DNA from: an uncultured Methanosarcinales archaeon
GTDB lineage: Archaea > Nanobdellota > Nanobdellia > Woesearchaeales > CAYSVS01
Direction of reading: 5' to 3'
DNA: 32,000 nt
Assembly: GCA_964589485.1 (NCBI GenBank)
Contig: CAZPRK010000001.1
Span: 127,272-159,271 of the forward strand
Part shown: positions 1 through 8,137 of the stretch, piece after piece
Layout: each line of letters opens with the position of its first letter
Numbering within the stretch: position 1 is the first letter of the stretch
Made by a program: the position numbers and the translations under genes
Notes under the pieces: generated by a model
What the model was told of the DNA's origin: nothing
Seen by the model: the letters and a program-made list of their open reading frames with translations, nothing else
The model's database searches: none

Positions 1-60
1 TTTTGGTAGGGAGATAGTGTAGCTGGATCCGCCTACTAATTGTATTTTTCTTCTAAACAT
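1..60 (-). CDS. First 20 codons of a SpoVT/AbrB-domain regulator, a candidate archaeal PhoU-type phosphate-uptake regulator; the gene continues beyond the window start
   Basis: The reverse complement of 1-60 reads ATG TTT AGA AGA AAA ATA CAA TTA GTA GGC GGA TCC AGC TAC ACT ATC TCC CTA CCA AAA = MFRRKIQLVGGSSYTISLPK. The RK(I/V)Q-x-x-GGSS-x-x-(I/V)SLPK string is the typical first strand of SpoVT/AbrB swapped-hairpin domains, as seen at the N-terminus of archaeal PhoU-like regulators. Only 20 aa are visible. Confidence 0.45.
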   Translation of the reverse strand, partial: MFRRKIQLVGGSSYTISLPK

Positions 61-97
61 GAGTTTATCATTCCCGCAAACTATATAAAGTTTTCTT

Positions 98-111
98 AAA
101 CTATATAGTTT
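98..111. promoter_or_regulatory. Perfect 14-nt palindrome AAACTATATAGTTT, overlapping the second copy of a 10-nt direct repeat AAACTATATA (78-87 and 98-107), in the divergent intergenic region
   Basis: Read directly from the sequence. Both copies contain TATA-like cores, so they could be the two divergent TATA boxes, an operator, or both. AT-rich palindromes are not rare in this genome. Confidence 0.25.
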
Positions 112-169
112 ATAGAATAAAAATATATATACTTGTTTTTTGTATATTTTTAAAAAAGGGGTTTTATTT

Positions 170-1246
170 ATGGAAAAAAAAGATATTTTCAAAAGAATTT
201 TTCTAATGATTATAATTATGTATATATTTCTTATTAGTATTAATTTACTTTCTGGGTCCTTTAAATTGTTTGGAAGTGGTTTTGCTGAACAATTAGTTAC
301 TTTAACAAGTAATCCTTTTGTAGCTTTATTTATTGGTATTTTAGCAACAGTTGTAGTTCAAAGTTCTTCTGTAACAACTTCTTTAGCTGTTGGAATGGCT
401 GCTTCTGGAGTTTTAAGTTTACAATTAGCAATTCCTTTAATAATAGGAGCAAATATTGGAACAACAGTAACTAATACATTAGTTTCTTTGGTTCATATTA
501 AAAATAAAGAAGAATTCAAAGCTGCATTTGCAGCTGCAACTGTACATGATTTTTTTAATATTTTAGCAGTTATAGTAATTCTTCCTTTAGAGCTAATTTT
601 TCATGTTCTTGAAAATTCAGCTGTTTTTATTACATCTTTAGTTTTTGGAACAAATGTAGGAACCTTTAATTCACCTTTATATTTTATGTTAAAGCCTGTA
701 ACAAAATCAATTATGGCATTTTTAGGAAATAATCCTTACTTTATTCTTCCACTTTCAATGTTTTTAATTTATGCAAGTTTAACTTTATTTGTTAAAATAG
801 TAAAACCTTTGGCAGAAACTGAGTTTAAAGCAATTGTAAATAAGCATTTGTTTAAAAATACTATTTTAAGTTTTATTATGGGTATATTAGTTACAGTAAT
901 GGTACAAAGTAGTAGTTTAGCAACTTCGATGATGGTACCTTTAGCAGCTACTGGTATTTTATCATTAAAGAGGATATTTCCTTATACTTTAGGGTCTAAT
1001 ATAGGAACAACAATAACGGCTTTTTTAGCTGCATTAGCTACAACAAGTCAAGTAGCTCTAACTGTAGCTTTATGTCACTTACTATTTAATATATATGGTA
1101 TAATTTTAATATTACCTTTTAGAGAAATACCTATTAAGTTAGCAAATTATTTAGCACATTTAAGCTTAAGATCTAAATTTTATCCTTTAGCTTATATTAG
1201 TTTAGTTTATTTTATGTTACCAATAAGTATAATTGGTTTTTTTTAA
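170..1246 (+). CDS. Na+/phosphate cotransporter family membrane protein (NptA-like, transporter core only)
   Basis: The track ORF opens at a TTG (140); the first ATG is at 170 (MEKKD...). The protein is polytopic and hydrophobic. It carries duplicated Na/Pi-cotransporter signatures, QSSSVTTS...GANIGTTVT and QSSSLATS...GSNIGTTIT. There is no C-terminal PhoU-like extension. Confidence 0.85.
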   Translation: MEKKDIFKRIFLMIIIMYIFLISINLLSGSFKLFGSGFAEQLVTLTSNPFVALFIGILATVVVQSSSVTTSLAVGMAASGVLSLQLAIPLIIGANIGTTVTNTLVSLVHIKNKEEFKAAFAAATVHDFFNILAVIVILPLELIFHVLENSAVFITSLVFGTNVGTFNSPLYFMLKPVTKSIMAFLGNNPYFILPLSMFLIYASLTLFVKIVKPLAETEFKAIVNKHLFKNTILSFIMGILVTVMVQSSSLATSMMVPLAATGILSLKRIFPYTLGSNIGTTITAFLAALATTSQVALTVALCHLLFNIYGIILILPFREIPIKLANYLAHLSLRSKFYPLAYISLVYFMLPISIIGFF

Positions 1247-2472
1247 TTTATTATATTAATAGAGTCGCTAGATATATTTCCCATAATTACTCCATTTTTC
1301 TCTTCTTGTTTTTTTTCAATAGATAAAACATTATTTAATATATCAATTACTTTCCCACTTATCATTACTCCTGAAACAGGTTTATTTTCGAAAATAGCAT
1401 GTTCTGCTGTTACTGAAAAGTCACTTGTTAAGGAATTACCGAGATGTGCCCCAATTATTGATTCTACAAAAATTCCATTTTCTGTATTTTTTTCTTTTCC
1501 TTCAATTATAATATTTGAAAAGTCTATATCATTTCCAAAAGAATTACCTGTAGTTTCAGTATTATTGTGTTTTGCAGTATTAAAATCATAAATAAATTTT
1601 TTTAATTCACCTTTATCAACTAAACATGTTTTTTGGCTCGGAGTTCCTTCTCCATCAAACATAAAACTTCCCATTGCATCGTTTTTTAAACCATCATCAA
1701 ATATACTAATTTCATCGCTTGTTACTTTTTGATTAAGTTTATCACAAAATAAACTTTTATGTTTTTCTACATTTTTTCCATTGAAATTAGTTAATAAACA
1801 GTGGTGTAATAAGGATGAAAAAACTTCAGGTGAAAGTGTTACTGTTTTAGTTTTACCTTCGTATTTTTGTTTATTTAAGTAAAGTAATGTTTTTTCATTA
1901 ACTCCATCTCCAAAGTTATCGAAATATTTATTTTTTTCTTCAGTTTCATACCATGAACTAACTTTTCCATTTTTATTTGCAACACTTTCAACTCCTATTC
2001 CGAAAGAACTTGATTTTTCATTTAATTCAATTCCATTTGAGTTATAAATAAAACTTTCACTAACATTGGCATTTATATCCCCTTCAGCAATCATTACATT
2101 ATTGTGAGCAATTTTTTTAATTATTTCTTTAGCATCTTGAATCATAGTATTTTCATTTAGTTCTTCAACACTTTTATCAAATGTTTTAGGTTTATTATAT
2201 TTTTTAAGTGAAGGTATTCCATAAAAATATTCTTTATTAGTATTATTTTTGGCAATTTTTATGGCTTTATTTGCTAGGTCTAAATTTAAAGCATTACTTG
2301 TAGCTCTTCCTTCTTTTCCATCGATCCAAACTTTTAATGTAAAATTAGAATTGTGATTATAACTAAAACTTTTTATTTTATTATTTTTAATTTGAATTTC
2401 TCTGTCTATTTCTTTATCTATATTTAATTGAACGTGGTCTGCAAATTTTTCTGCATAATTTAAAATTTCCAT
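1243..2472 (-). CDS. pmbA: PmbA/TldE, the non-catalytic partner of the TldD metalloprotease
   Basis: The long ORF reaches 2517, but starting at MEILNYAEKF (ATG 2472-2470) gives a TAATG stop/start overlap with the upstream tldD. It shows TldD/PmbA-family features (MFDGEGTP, GAHLGNSLTSDFS) and lacks HExxxH, as expected for TldE. Confidence 0.85.
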   Translation of the reverse strand: MEILNYAEKFADHVQLNIDKEIDREIQIKNNKIKSFSYNHNSNFTLKVWIDGKEGRATSNALNLDLANKAIKIAKNNTNKEYFYGIPSLKKYNKPKTFDKSVEELNENTMIQDAKEIIKKIAHNNVMIAEGDINANVSESFIYNSNGIELNEKSSSFGIGVESVANKNGKVSSWYETEEKNKYFDNFGDGVNEKTLLYLNKQKYEGKTKTVTLSPEVFSSLLHHCLLTNFNGKNVEKHKSLFCDKLNQKVTSDEISIFDDGLKNDAMGSFMFDGEGTPSQKTCLVDKGELKKFIYDFNTAKHNNTETTGNSFGNDIDFSNIIIEGKEKNTENGIFVESIIGAHLGNSLTSDFSVTAEHAIFENKPVSGVMISGKVIDILNNVLSIEKKQEEKNGVIMGNISSDSINIIN

Positions 2473-3824
2473 TATATTCCACCTATTGTTGCATCGTGAA
2501 CTAACATGCTTGGGCAAGGTCCATATACAGGCACTAGTTGCCCGCCTTTTCCACAGTGTCCTGCAAAACTTGGTTCATATTTATTAGATAACATTTTTAT
2601 ATTTTTTAGAGTATGTAAAGTATTTCCGCTTAAAGAAACTCCTCTTAATCTTCCTGCTAATTTTCCATTAATTATTTCAAATCCTTCTTGAGCTGAAAAT
2701 GCAAAATTTCCACTTATTGGGTCAACTTGTCCACCTGTACTTCCTTTTAAGTAAACTCCTTTTTTTACATCTTCAATTAATTCTTCAAATTTATAATCGC
2801 CTGTTTTAATGTATGTATTACTCATTCTTACTTGGGGTAAGAATTCAGAGCTTTGAGCTCTAGCATTTCCAGTCGGCTTTGCATTTAACTTTGCTGCACT
2901 TTCTCTTGAATGCATATATCCAACAAGTTCACCATTTTTCATTAAATTTGTTTTTTGTGCTTCAATTCCTTCGTCATCATAAAAGAAACTTCCCCATTCT
3001 TTGTTCATTGTAGCATCATCATATATAGATACAAAATCAGGAGCTAATTTTTTACCTATTAAATTTTTTAAACAACTACTATTTTGCATAACTAAATCAG
3101 CTTCTGCAGCATGTCCTAAAGCTTCATGGACAAACACATCTGTCATTGCACCATCGCATACAACTGGCATCTTTCCAGCTTTTGGTACTTTACTGTTTAA
3201 CATTTCAATGGCTTTTTTAGTTGCAGTTTCTACCATTGTTGGTAGGTTTTTACATATTTCATAACCTTGTAATTTTCCTAGTCTTTCTGCAAAATTTTCC
3301 ATACGATTTCCATCTTTACTTGTAAGTGTAGCTCCAATGTGTGTGTATTTGAGATTTTGTCTAATTTCTGATTCATCTGAATTACAAAACAATAATTTTT
3401 TATTAATTTCTTGATATGTAACATGATTATTTTTTATTTTATCATTTTCTACTTTAGAATTATCTAAAACTAATTTTTTCTTTTCTTCTAAACTTATATC
3501 TTCATTATTTATTTCATATTCACTGCTTACTTCATCTTTTATTGCTTTTGAATGAACTATGTTTTCTTTTTCATTACTTCCCATTGCTTTTGCTATTTTA
3601 TTAGCTTTTTCAATCATGGTTTTAATGTCATCTTCAACTGAAAAAACAAATCCCCAACCATTATTGTTTAATATTCTAAAACTTTTTCCAACTCTTTCAT
3701 TTAAATCAAAATTTTTAATTTTGTTATTCCATGCAGAAACTGAAGTTGAAGATATATTTTGTTCCCTATAATCCCAATATTCAAAATTTTCTTTTTTTAA
3801 AAGGTTAGATATTTTATTAAACAT
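2472..3824 (-). CDS. tldD: TldD-type zinc metalloprotease
   Basis: Contains the HEALGHAAE (HExxxH) zinc motif, YDDEGIEAQKT, GNARAQS and GGQVDPISGNFAFS. It is paired with pmbA immediately downstream. Confidence 0.9.
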   Translation of the reverse strand: MFNKISNLLKKENFEYWDYREQNISSTSVSAWNNKIKNFDLNERVGKSFRILNNNGWGFVFSVEDDIKTMIEKANKIAKAMGSNEKENIVHSKAIKDEVSSEYEINNEDISLEEKKKLVLDNSKVENDKIKNNHVTYQEINKKLLFCNSDESEIRQNLKYTHIGATLTSKDGNRMENFAERLGKLQGYEICKNLPTMVETATKKAIEMLNSKVPKAGKMPVVCDGAMTDVFVHEALGHAAEADLVMQNSSCLKNLIGKKLAPDFVSIYDDATMNKEWGSFFYDDEGIEAQKTNLMKNGELVGYMHSRESAAKLNAKPTGNARAQSSEFLPQVRMSNTYIKTGDYKFEELIEDVKKGVYLKGSTGGQVDPISGNFAFSAQEGFEIINGKLAGRLRGVSLSGNTLHTLKNIKMLSNKYEPSFAGHCGKGGQLVPVYGPCPSMLVHDATIGGI

Positions 3825-3863
3825 GATTTAAAGATTTTAAAGGTTATTTACATACTTTTTGGT

Positions 3864-4289
3864 TTAGTCAAAGTAATCTTCTTCACAAAAATTTTGACTT
3901 CTTCCTTTAAACGTACAAGTTCCTTTATCTTCTATCAAATTTCCATCTAAAAACTCTCTATATCTGTTAACCAAATTACAACAATCTTTACATCTGCTGA
4001 AATTTGATCCAATTTCAACTTCAAACTCCTTTTCAGAAATATTTTTTAATTTAGTGGGAACTTGGGCTTGAATTCTAAAATAATTATAAGTATTTTCAAT
4101 AAATTTATTATCTGAGAATTTGTTTGATAAATTAATAGATAACTTACAAGACTTTGGAGAATATGTACTTACAACATCTTTTCTTATTTTAATACATTTT
4201 TGATTTTCTAATCTACTTTTTTCTAAATCTTTATCTTTTTGCATTGATGAAGGTAATTTTATACTTCCATCTGGATTAAATTCGAACAT
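3864..4289 (-). CDS. Hypothetical cysteine-rich protein (141 aa, 7 Cys)
   Basis: Clean ORF whose ATG lies 3 nt after the tyrS stop, in the same orientation as tyrS and tldD-pmbA. It has a C-terminal cluster CKDCC-x24-C-x10-C. I do not recognise the family. Confidence 0.6.
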   Translation of the reverse strand: MFEFNPDGSIKLPSSMQKDKDLEKSRLENQKCIKIRKDVVSTYSPKSCKLSINLSNKFSDNKFIENTYNYFRIQAQVPTKLKNISEKEFEVEIGSNFSRCKDCCNLVNRYREFLDGNLIEDKGTCTFKGRSQNFCEEDYFD

Positions 4290-4292
4290 CTT

Positions 4293-5366
4293 TCATTTAC
4301 TCACTTTAAAACTTTGAACTTGTTCAAATAACTCTCTTGCTTTTTTATTTTTTTCAAAATGTTCTCTAACTGGAGAAATAGTTTGATTAATATAATTAGA
4401 AATTCCTTGCTTTAAATCTCCTGGGTGTAATTCTTTTTTTTCATAACTTTTAACTAAATCATTATAACTTCCAAAACTTAAATTTCCTCCAAATTTGGTA
4501 GGCCTTTCGATATTAAATTCTTTGAATTTTTCAAAAACAATATATTTAGCATATTCTAATACTGGATTATCTTGAACAATACCTTCTGGACAATATGCTT
4601 TATTTATTTTTTTAGTTATAACTTTTTCATCATCTGTCATAAAAATAGCTGTATCTGGGTTTGTCTTAGACATTTTCATTGCCATTGCTTTTTCTACTCC
4701 TTCTAAATTACTAGGTGGTTGTCCTAACCCCATTAACATATGATGATGTATTGCAACTGGTTTATACCCAAATAATTTTTGTCCAACTTCTCTTGCCAAA
4801 ACATTAACTTTTCTTTGATCCATACCTAATTGACATAAATCTACATTAAGATGAAAAATATCAGCTGTTTGCATGCATGGATACATAACTTGACTAGTTT
4901 TCAAAGAATCACTTTCACTTCTTCCCATAATTTGACTACATCTAATTGCTCTTTTAATTGTAGTATTTGTGGCTACTTGCATAACTTTCTTTAAATAATC
5001 TCTATCTTGCATTAAATCGTTTGCCCATACAAATTCAACTTTATTTAAATTCATTCCACTAACTTTCCATAATTCTATCAAATATTTTCCAACAGTTTGT
5101 ATTTTTTCTAAGTCTCCGCCTAATTTATCATTTGCCCATGCGTGCCAATCTGCAACTAACATTTTAAATTTAATTCCAGCTTTAGTTAGTTTATTTATGT
5201 TAATAGAACGGATTGTGACTTGCGCTATGTGCGGATTTCCGCTTGGTTCAAAACCATCATAAGCAATTGGGCTTTTTTTAGTTTCTAATAGTTGTTTTAA
5301 CTTTTCTTCTGTAAGGATTTCTTCGCCAACTTGCTTACATAAATCTAATTTTGTTTGAATGTCCAT
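4293..5366 (-). CDS. tyrS: Tyrosyl-tRNA synthetase, archaeal type
   Basis: Contains the class I motifs GNPHIAQ (HIGH-type) and KMSKT (KMSKS). It is colinear with archaeal TyrRS strings I remember from Methanocaldococcus TyrRS: YDGFEPSG, KKAYCPEG..DNPVLEYAKY, RPTKFGG and KELHPGDLK. Confidence 0.92.
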   Translation of the reverse strand: MDIQTKLDLCKQVGEEILTEEKLKQLLETKKSPIAYDGFEPSGNPHIAQVTIRSININKLTKAGIKFKMLVADWHAWANDKLGGDLEKIQTVGKYLIELWKVSGMNLNKVEFVWANDLMQDRDYLKKVMQVATNTTIKRAIRCSQIMGRSESDSLKTSQVMYPCMQTADIFHLNVDLCQLGMDQRKVNVLAREVGQKLFGYKPVAIHHHMLMGLGQPPSNLEGVEKAMAMKMSKTNPDTAIFMTDDEKVITKKINKAYCPEGIVQDNPVLEYAKYIVFEKFKEFNIERPTKFGGNLSFGSYNDLVKSYEKKELHPGDLKQGISNYINQTISPVREHFEKNKKARELFEQVQSFKVSK

Positions 5367-5456
5367 TTTACTAATTCTTTTTTTATTCTATTTAAATTTT
5401 TGGTTACATGAAATACTTCACTGCCTTGTAATAGCATCTTAAAGTTAAAATCGCAA

Positions 5457-5467
5457 GATTTAAATAT
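5457..5467 (+). promoter_or_regulatory. Candidate TATA box (GATTTAAATAT) for the PRC-barrel/RFC transcription unit, followed by a Shine-Dalgarno-like GAGGGGAG at 5500-5507
   Basis: The TATA-like element lies about 50 nt upstream of ATG 5515. The purine-rich GGAGG-like block lies 8-15 nt upstream of the ATG. An alternative TATA (ATAATATATAA) sits at about 5482-5492. Confidence 0.3.
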
Positions 5468-5514
5468 CACTACGCGAATTCATAATATATAATATTTATG
5501 AGGGGAGATACTTC

Positions 5515-5778
5515 ATGACATCTGATGAAAAAAAATTTTCAAAACAATTAATAGGAAAAACTGTAGTAAGTAAAACTGGTAAAAAATTCGGTGAAGTTGG
5601 AGATATTATTTTCGAATCACGATCAGGTGAGTTAATTCATATGGTTTTAACAAATCCTACTTCTTATACAGATAAAATGGAACTTGAAAAGGATAAAGCA
5701 GGTCAAATGTTAATTCCTTTTAGTGCAGTTATAGCTATTGGGGATTATATGGTTATATCTGAAGAAGACATTTTATAA
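5515..5778 (+). CDS. Stand-alone PRC-barrel domain protein (87 aa)
   Basis: Shows the PRC-barrel pattern: LIGKTVVSKTGKKFGEVGDIIFESRSGELIHMVL ... LIPFSAVIAIGDYMVISEE. Confidence 0.75.
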   Translation: MTSDEKKFSKQLIGKTVVSKTGKKFGEVGDIIFESRSGELIHMVLTNPTSYTDKMELEKDKAGQMLIPFSAVIAIGDYMVISEEDIL

Positions 5779-5819
5779 TTACATAAATTATATAAACAAC
5801 ATCTTTTTCTTTTTTCTTA

Positions 5820-6773
5820 ATGGAACATAAAATTTGGATTGAAAAATATAGACCTAAAACTTTTTCTGAAATAAAAGGTCAAACTGAAATAATTTCAAGA
5901 TTAAAGGCATTTGTAGAACAAAAAAATATGCCTCATTTATTATTTTCTGGGCCTGCTGGTGTTGGGAAAAGTACAACTGCATTAGTTATCGCGAAAGAAT
6001 TATTTGGTGAAACGTGGAAACAAAATTTCTTAGAATTAAATGCAAGTGATGAAAGGGGAATTGATGTAGTTAGAGTAAAAGTAAAGGATTTTGCAAGAAC
6101 TAGGGCAATAGGAGATGTTCCCTTTAAGATTATTTTTCTTGATGAATGTGATGCTTTAACTAAAGATGCTCAACAAGCATTAAGAAGGACTATGGAGAAT
6201 TTTACATTAACTACTAGGTTCATACTATCAGCTAATTATTCAAGTAAAATAATTGACCCTATTCAAAGTAGATGTGCACTGTTTAGATACAAGCCATTGA
6301 AAGAAGAAGATGTTTTTTCTTTGATAGATTATATTATTGAGAAAGAGCAAATTACTGTAACTGAAGAAGCAAAAAAGGCAATTGTTGAAGTAAGTAATGG
6401 TGATTGTAGGCGTATAGAAAATATTTTACAAAGTTCTGCTGCAATATCTAATAATGTTGATGCAGAAAGTATATATTCAATTGCATCAGTAGCTAAACCT
6501 AAAGAAGTTAAAGAATTTCTTACTTTAGCTATTAATAATAATTTTATTGAATCTAGAAACATGTTACTTAAAGTAATGTTGAATTATGGCTTATCTGGTT
6601 TAGATTTAATTAAACAAATTCAACGAGAAATTTGGAATTTAGATATTGATGATAAAACTAAAACTAGTTTAGTTGCATATTGTGGTGAAGTTGAATTTAG
6701 ATTAGTAGAAGGTAGCGATGACTTTGTACAATTAGAAGCTTTACTTTCTAAGTTCGTATTAGCAAAAGATTAA
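5820..6773 (+). CDS. rfcS: Replication factor C small subunit
   Basis: Contains WIEKYRP, Walker A GPAGVGKST, Walker B FLDECD, sensor-1 region RFILSAN and SRC motif QSRC. At 317 aa it has no intein. Confidence 0.93.
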   Translation: MEHKIWIEKYRPKTFSEIKGQTEIISRLKAFVEQKNMPHLLFSGPAGVGKSTTALVIAKELFGETWKQNFLELNASDERGIDVVRVKVKDFARTRAIGDVPFKIIFLDECDALTKDAQQALRRTMENFTLTTRFILSANYSSKIIDPIQSRCALFRYKPLKEEDVFSLIDYIIEKEQITVTEEAKKAIVEVSNGDCRRIENILQSSAAISNNVDAESIYSIASVAKPKEVKEFLTLAINNNFIESRNMLLKVMLNYGLSGLDLIKQIQREIWNLDIDDKTKTSLVAYCGEVEFRLVEGSDDFVQLEALLSKFVLAKD

Positions 6774-6799
6774 TAAATGATAAATATCTAATTTCTATA

Positions 6800-7180
6800 A
6801 TGAAAGATAGTTTAAGAAAAAATAAAGTAATTCTTGATTTGCAAAAACAATTAGATCATAAAGATCAAATTATTAAAAATTTAGAAAGTAAAGAATTTCT
6901 TAAACATTCAATTTTTGAATTATTGGAACAATTAAAGAAAAAAGATAAATTACTTGATAATTATGAAAAGTTATTAGAAAAATGTAAAATTCATTCAGTT
7001 GAAAATAAAATAATAATTTCATCTCAACATAAAGAAATTTTAGAATTAAATAAACAAATAAGACAATTACAATTATACAATAATGAACATTTATTACAAA
7101 ATCAAATTAATGCAATTAAAGAAGAAAATTTTGCATTATATAAAAAAATACATATATTAGAAGAAAAAATAAAAAATTAG
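6800..7180 (+). CDS. Hypothetical coiled-coil protein (126 aa, K/E/L/Q-rich)
   Basis: ORF lying 26 nt downstream of rfcS on the same strand. It shows heptad-like periodicity throughout and no recognisable motif. Confidence 0.5.
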   Translation: MKDSLRKNKVILDLQKQLDHKDQIIKNLESKEFLKHSIFELLEQLKKKDKLLDNYEKLLEKCKIHSVENKIIISSQHKEILELNKQIRQLQLYNNEHLLQNQINAIKEENFALYKKIHILEEKIKN

Positions 7181-8127
7181 TCAATGTGTTTTACAATGAC
7201 TTCAGTATTTATTTTGTCTTGATATCTGTATTCGACTTCTATATTTATTTGTTTAACTGCATCGTTTCTTTGATTTAATTGTTGTGTACAAATTAAACTT
7301 CTAGTTTCTGCTCTATTGTCTCCGAATAATGAAACTTCTCCAGTGGTTCCTCCACCTAATTCATTACATTTTAAGTCTCCATCTTCGATACCACTTTTTA
7401 CGGTTACAAATACTTTATTTTTGTTGGCTAAGTCAGGTTCACATGCACTATCTTTTTTGAAAATCAATCCTTCACCTACGTGATTAATGTCAAAAGAAAA
7501 ACTAACTTTGTCTTCTGCAACAGCGGTTTCTTTAAAATTAGATACTTTTACTGGTGCTCCTGAGTTTTCTACTTCTTTTACTTCATCAACAGAACATAAT
7601 GGTTCTTCTCCTGATTTTCTTGTTTTTCCTAATAAGTCTTCCAATATGCAAATTTTAGATACTACTTTAGTTTCATATGGATAACAAACTTCTCCAACTA
7701 AAGGATAACTAACTGACCCAGTTACTTCTGAAGCTTGTAAATTTGCAAAATCGATGGTTTCAATTCCTCCATCTATAACATTATTGTTTGGATCTAAACT
7801 TGCTCCATTCAAATCTAATTGAGATGTTTTTGTAAGTTCAACATTTCCAAAATCGCTTGGACTTATACCTTTAATTTTAACTATTGCTTCACTTTTCGGA
7901 ATATCTGCTTCTCCTACATTTTCAATTCTTAAATTAATATTAAATGGATAATTTTTATCGAATACTTCTTCAGGTGGAGTTCCTTTTACAAATTTAATAT
8001 CTAATCCTTTTTCACCGCCTACGAAAGCATTTGTAGTTGCTCCTGATGATGTTTTATCGCTATCTGTTTGACTTTCACAAGCAACTAACATTGTTAAAAC
8101 CATTAATAATACAATTATTTTTTTCAT
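7177..8127 (-). CDS. Secreted lipoprotein candidate (316 aa), paralogue of 8138-9076
   Basis: Signal peptide MKKIIVLLMVLTMLVAC with a lipobox-like LVAC. Blocks shared with the neighbour include G-KG(L/I)-x-KF(V/M)K-x-x-PP, (I/L)xIxNxG, CY-x-YET...(I/V)CI, GAP(V/I) and a C-terminal (V/I)VK. Both mature proteins have six Cys in the same order. Confidence 0.7.
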   Translation of the reverse strand: MKKIIVLLMVLTMLVACESQTDSDKTSSGATTNAFVGGEKGLDIKFVKGTPPEEVFDKNYPFNINLRIENVGEADIPKSEAIVKIKGISPSDFGNVELTKTSQLDLNGASLDPNNNVIDGGIETIDFANLQASEVTGSVSYPLVGEVCYPYETKVVSKICILEDLLGKTRKSGEEPLCSVDEVKEVENSGAPVKVSNFKETAVAEDKVSFSFDINHVGEGLIFKKDSACEPDLANKNKVFVTVKSGIEDGDLKCNELGGGTTGEVSLFGDNRAETRSLICTQQLNQRNDAVKQINIEVEYRYQDKINTEVIVKHID

Positions 8128-8137
8128 TTTTTTTCAC

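Noticed and set aside
1-60. Relatively GC-rich edge sequence considered as the tail of a structured RNA (rRNA, 5S or sRNA)
   Set aside because: I found no rRNA-like or tRNA-like motifs. The minus strand instead gives a clean ATG-initiated reading frame with an AbrB-type N-terminal signature, so a partial CDS explains it better.
140-169. TTG-initiated N-terminal extensions proposed by the ORF track at 140, 22885, 24566 and 27679, and the ATG-initiated 5' extension of pmbA to 2517
   Set aside because: In each case an in-frame ATG lies 3-45 nt downstream and gives a better start. The better starts are MEKKD at 170, ATG 22894/22900 overlapping the upstream stop, ATG 24569 about 25 nt from a TATA box, ATG 27685, and ATG 2472 forming TAATG with the tldD stop. 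The extensions would also run into promoter or upstream coding sequence.
2506-3771. Three plus-strand ORFs (2506-2691, 3001-3264, 3559-3771) inside tldD
   Set aside because: They are antisense shadow ORFs within a well-supported TldD coding region, and their translations carry no motifs.
5401-5460. Slightly GC-enriched stretch in the tyrS / PRC-barrel divergent spacer, considered as an sRNA
   Set aside because: It contains only a 5-bp TTACA/TGTAA hairpin and a 7-codon ORF, with no box motifs. Two divergent promoters are the simpler explanation.
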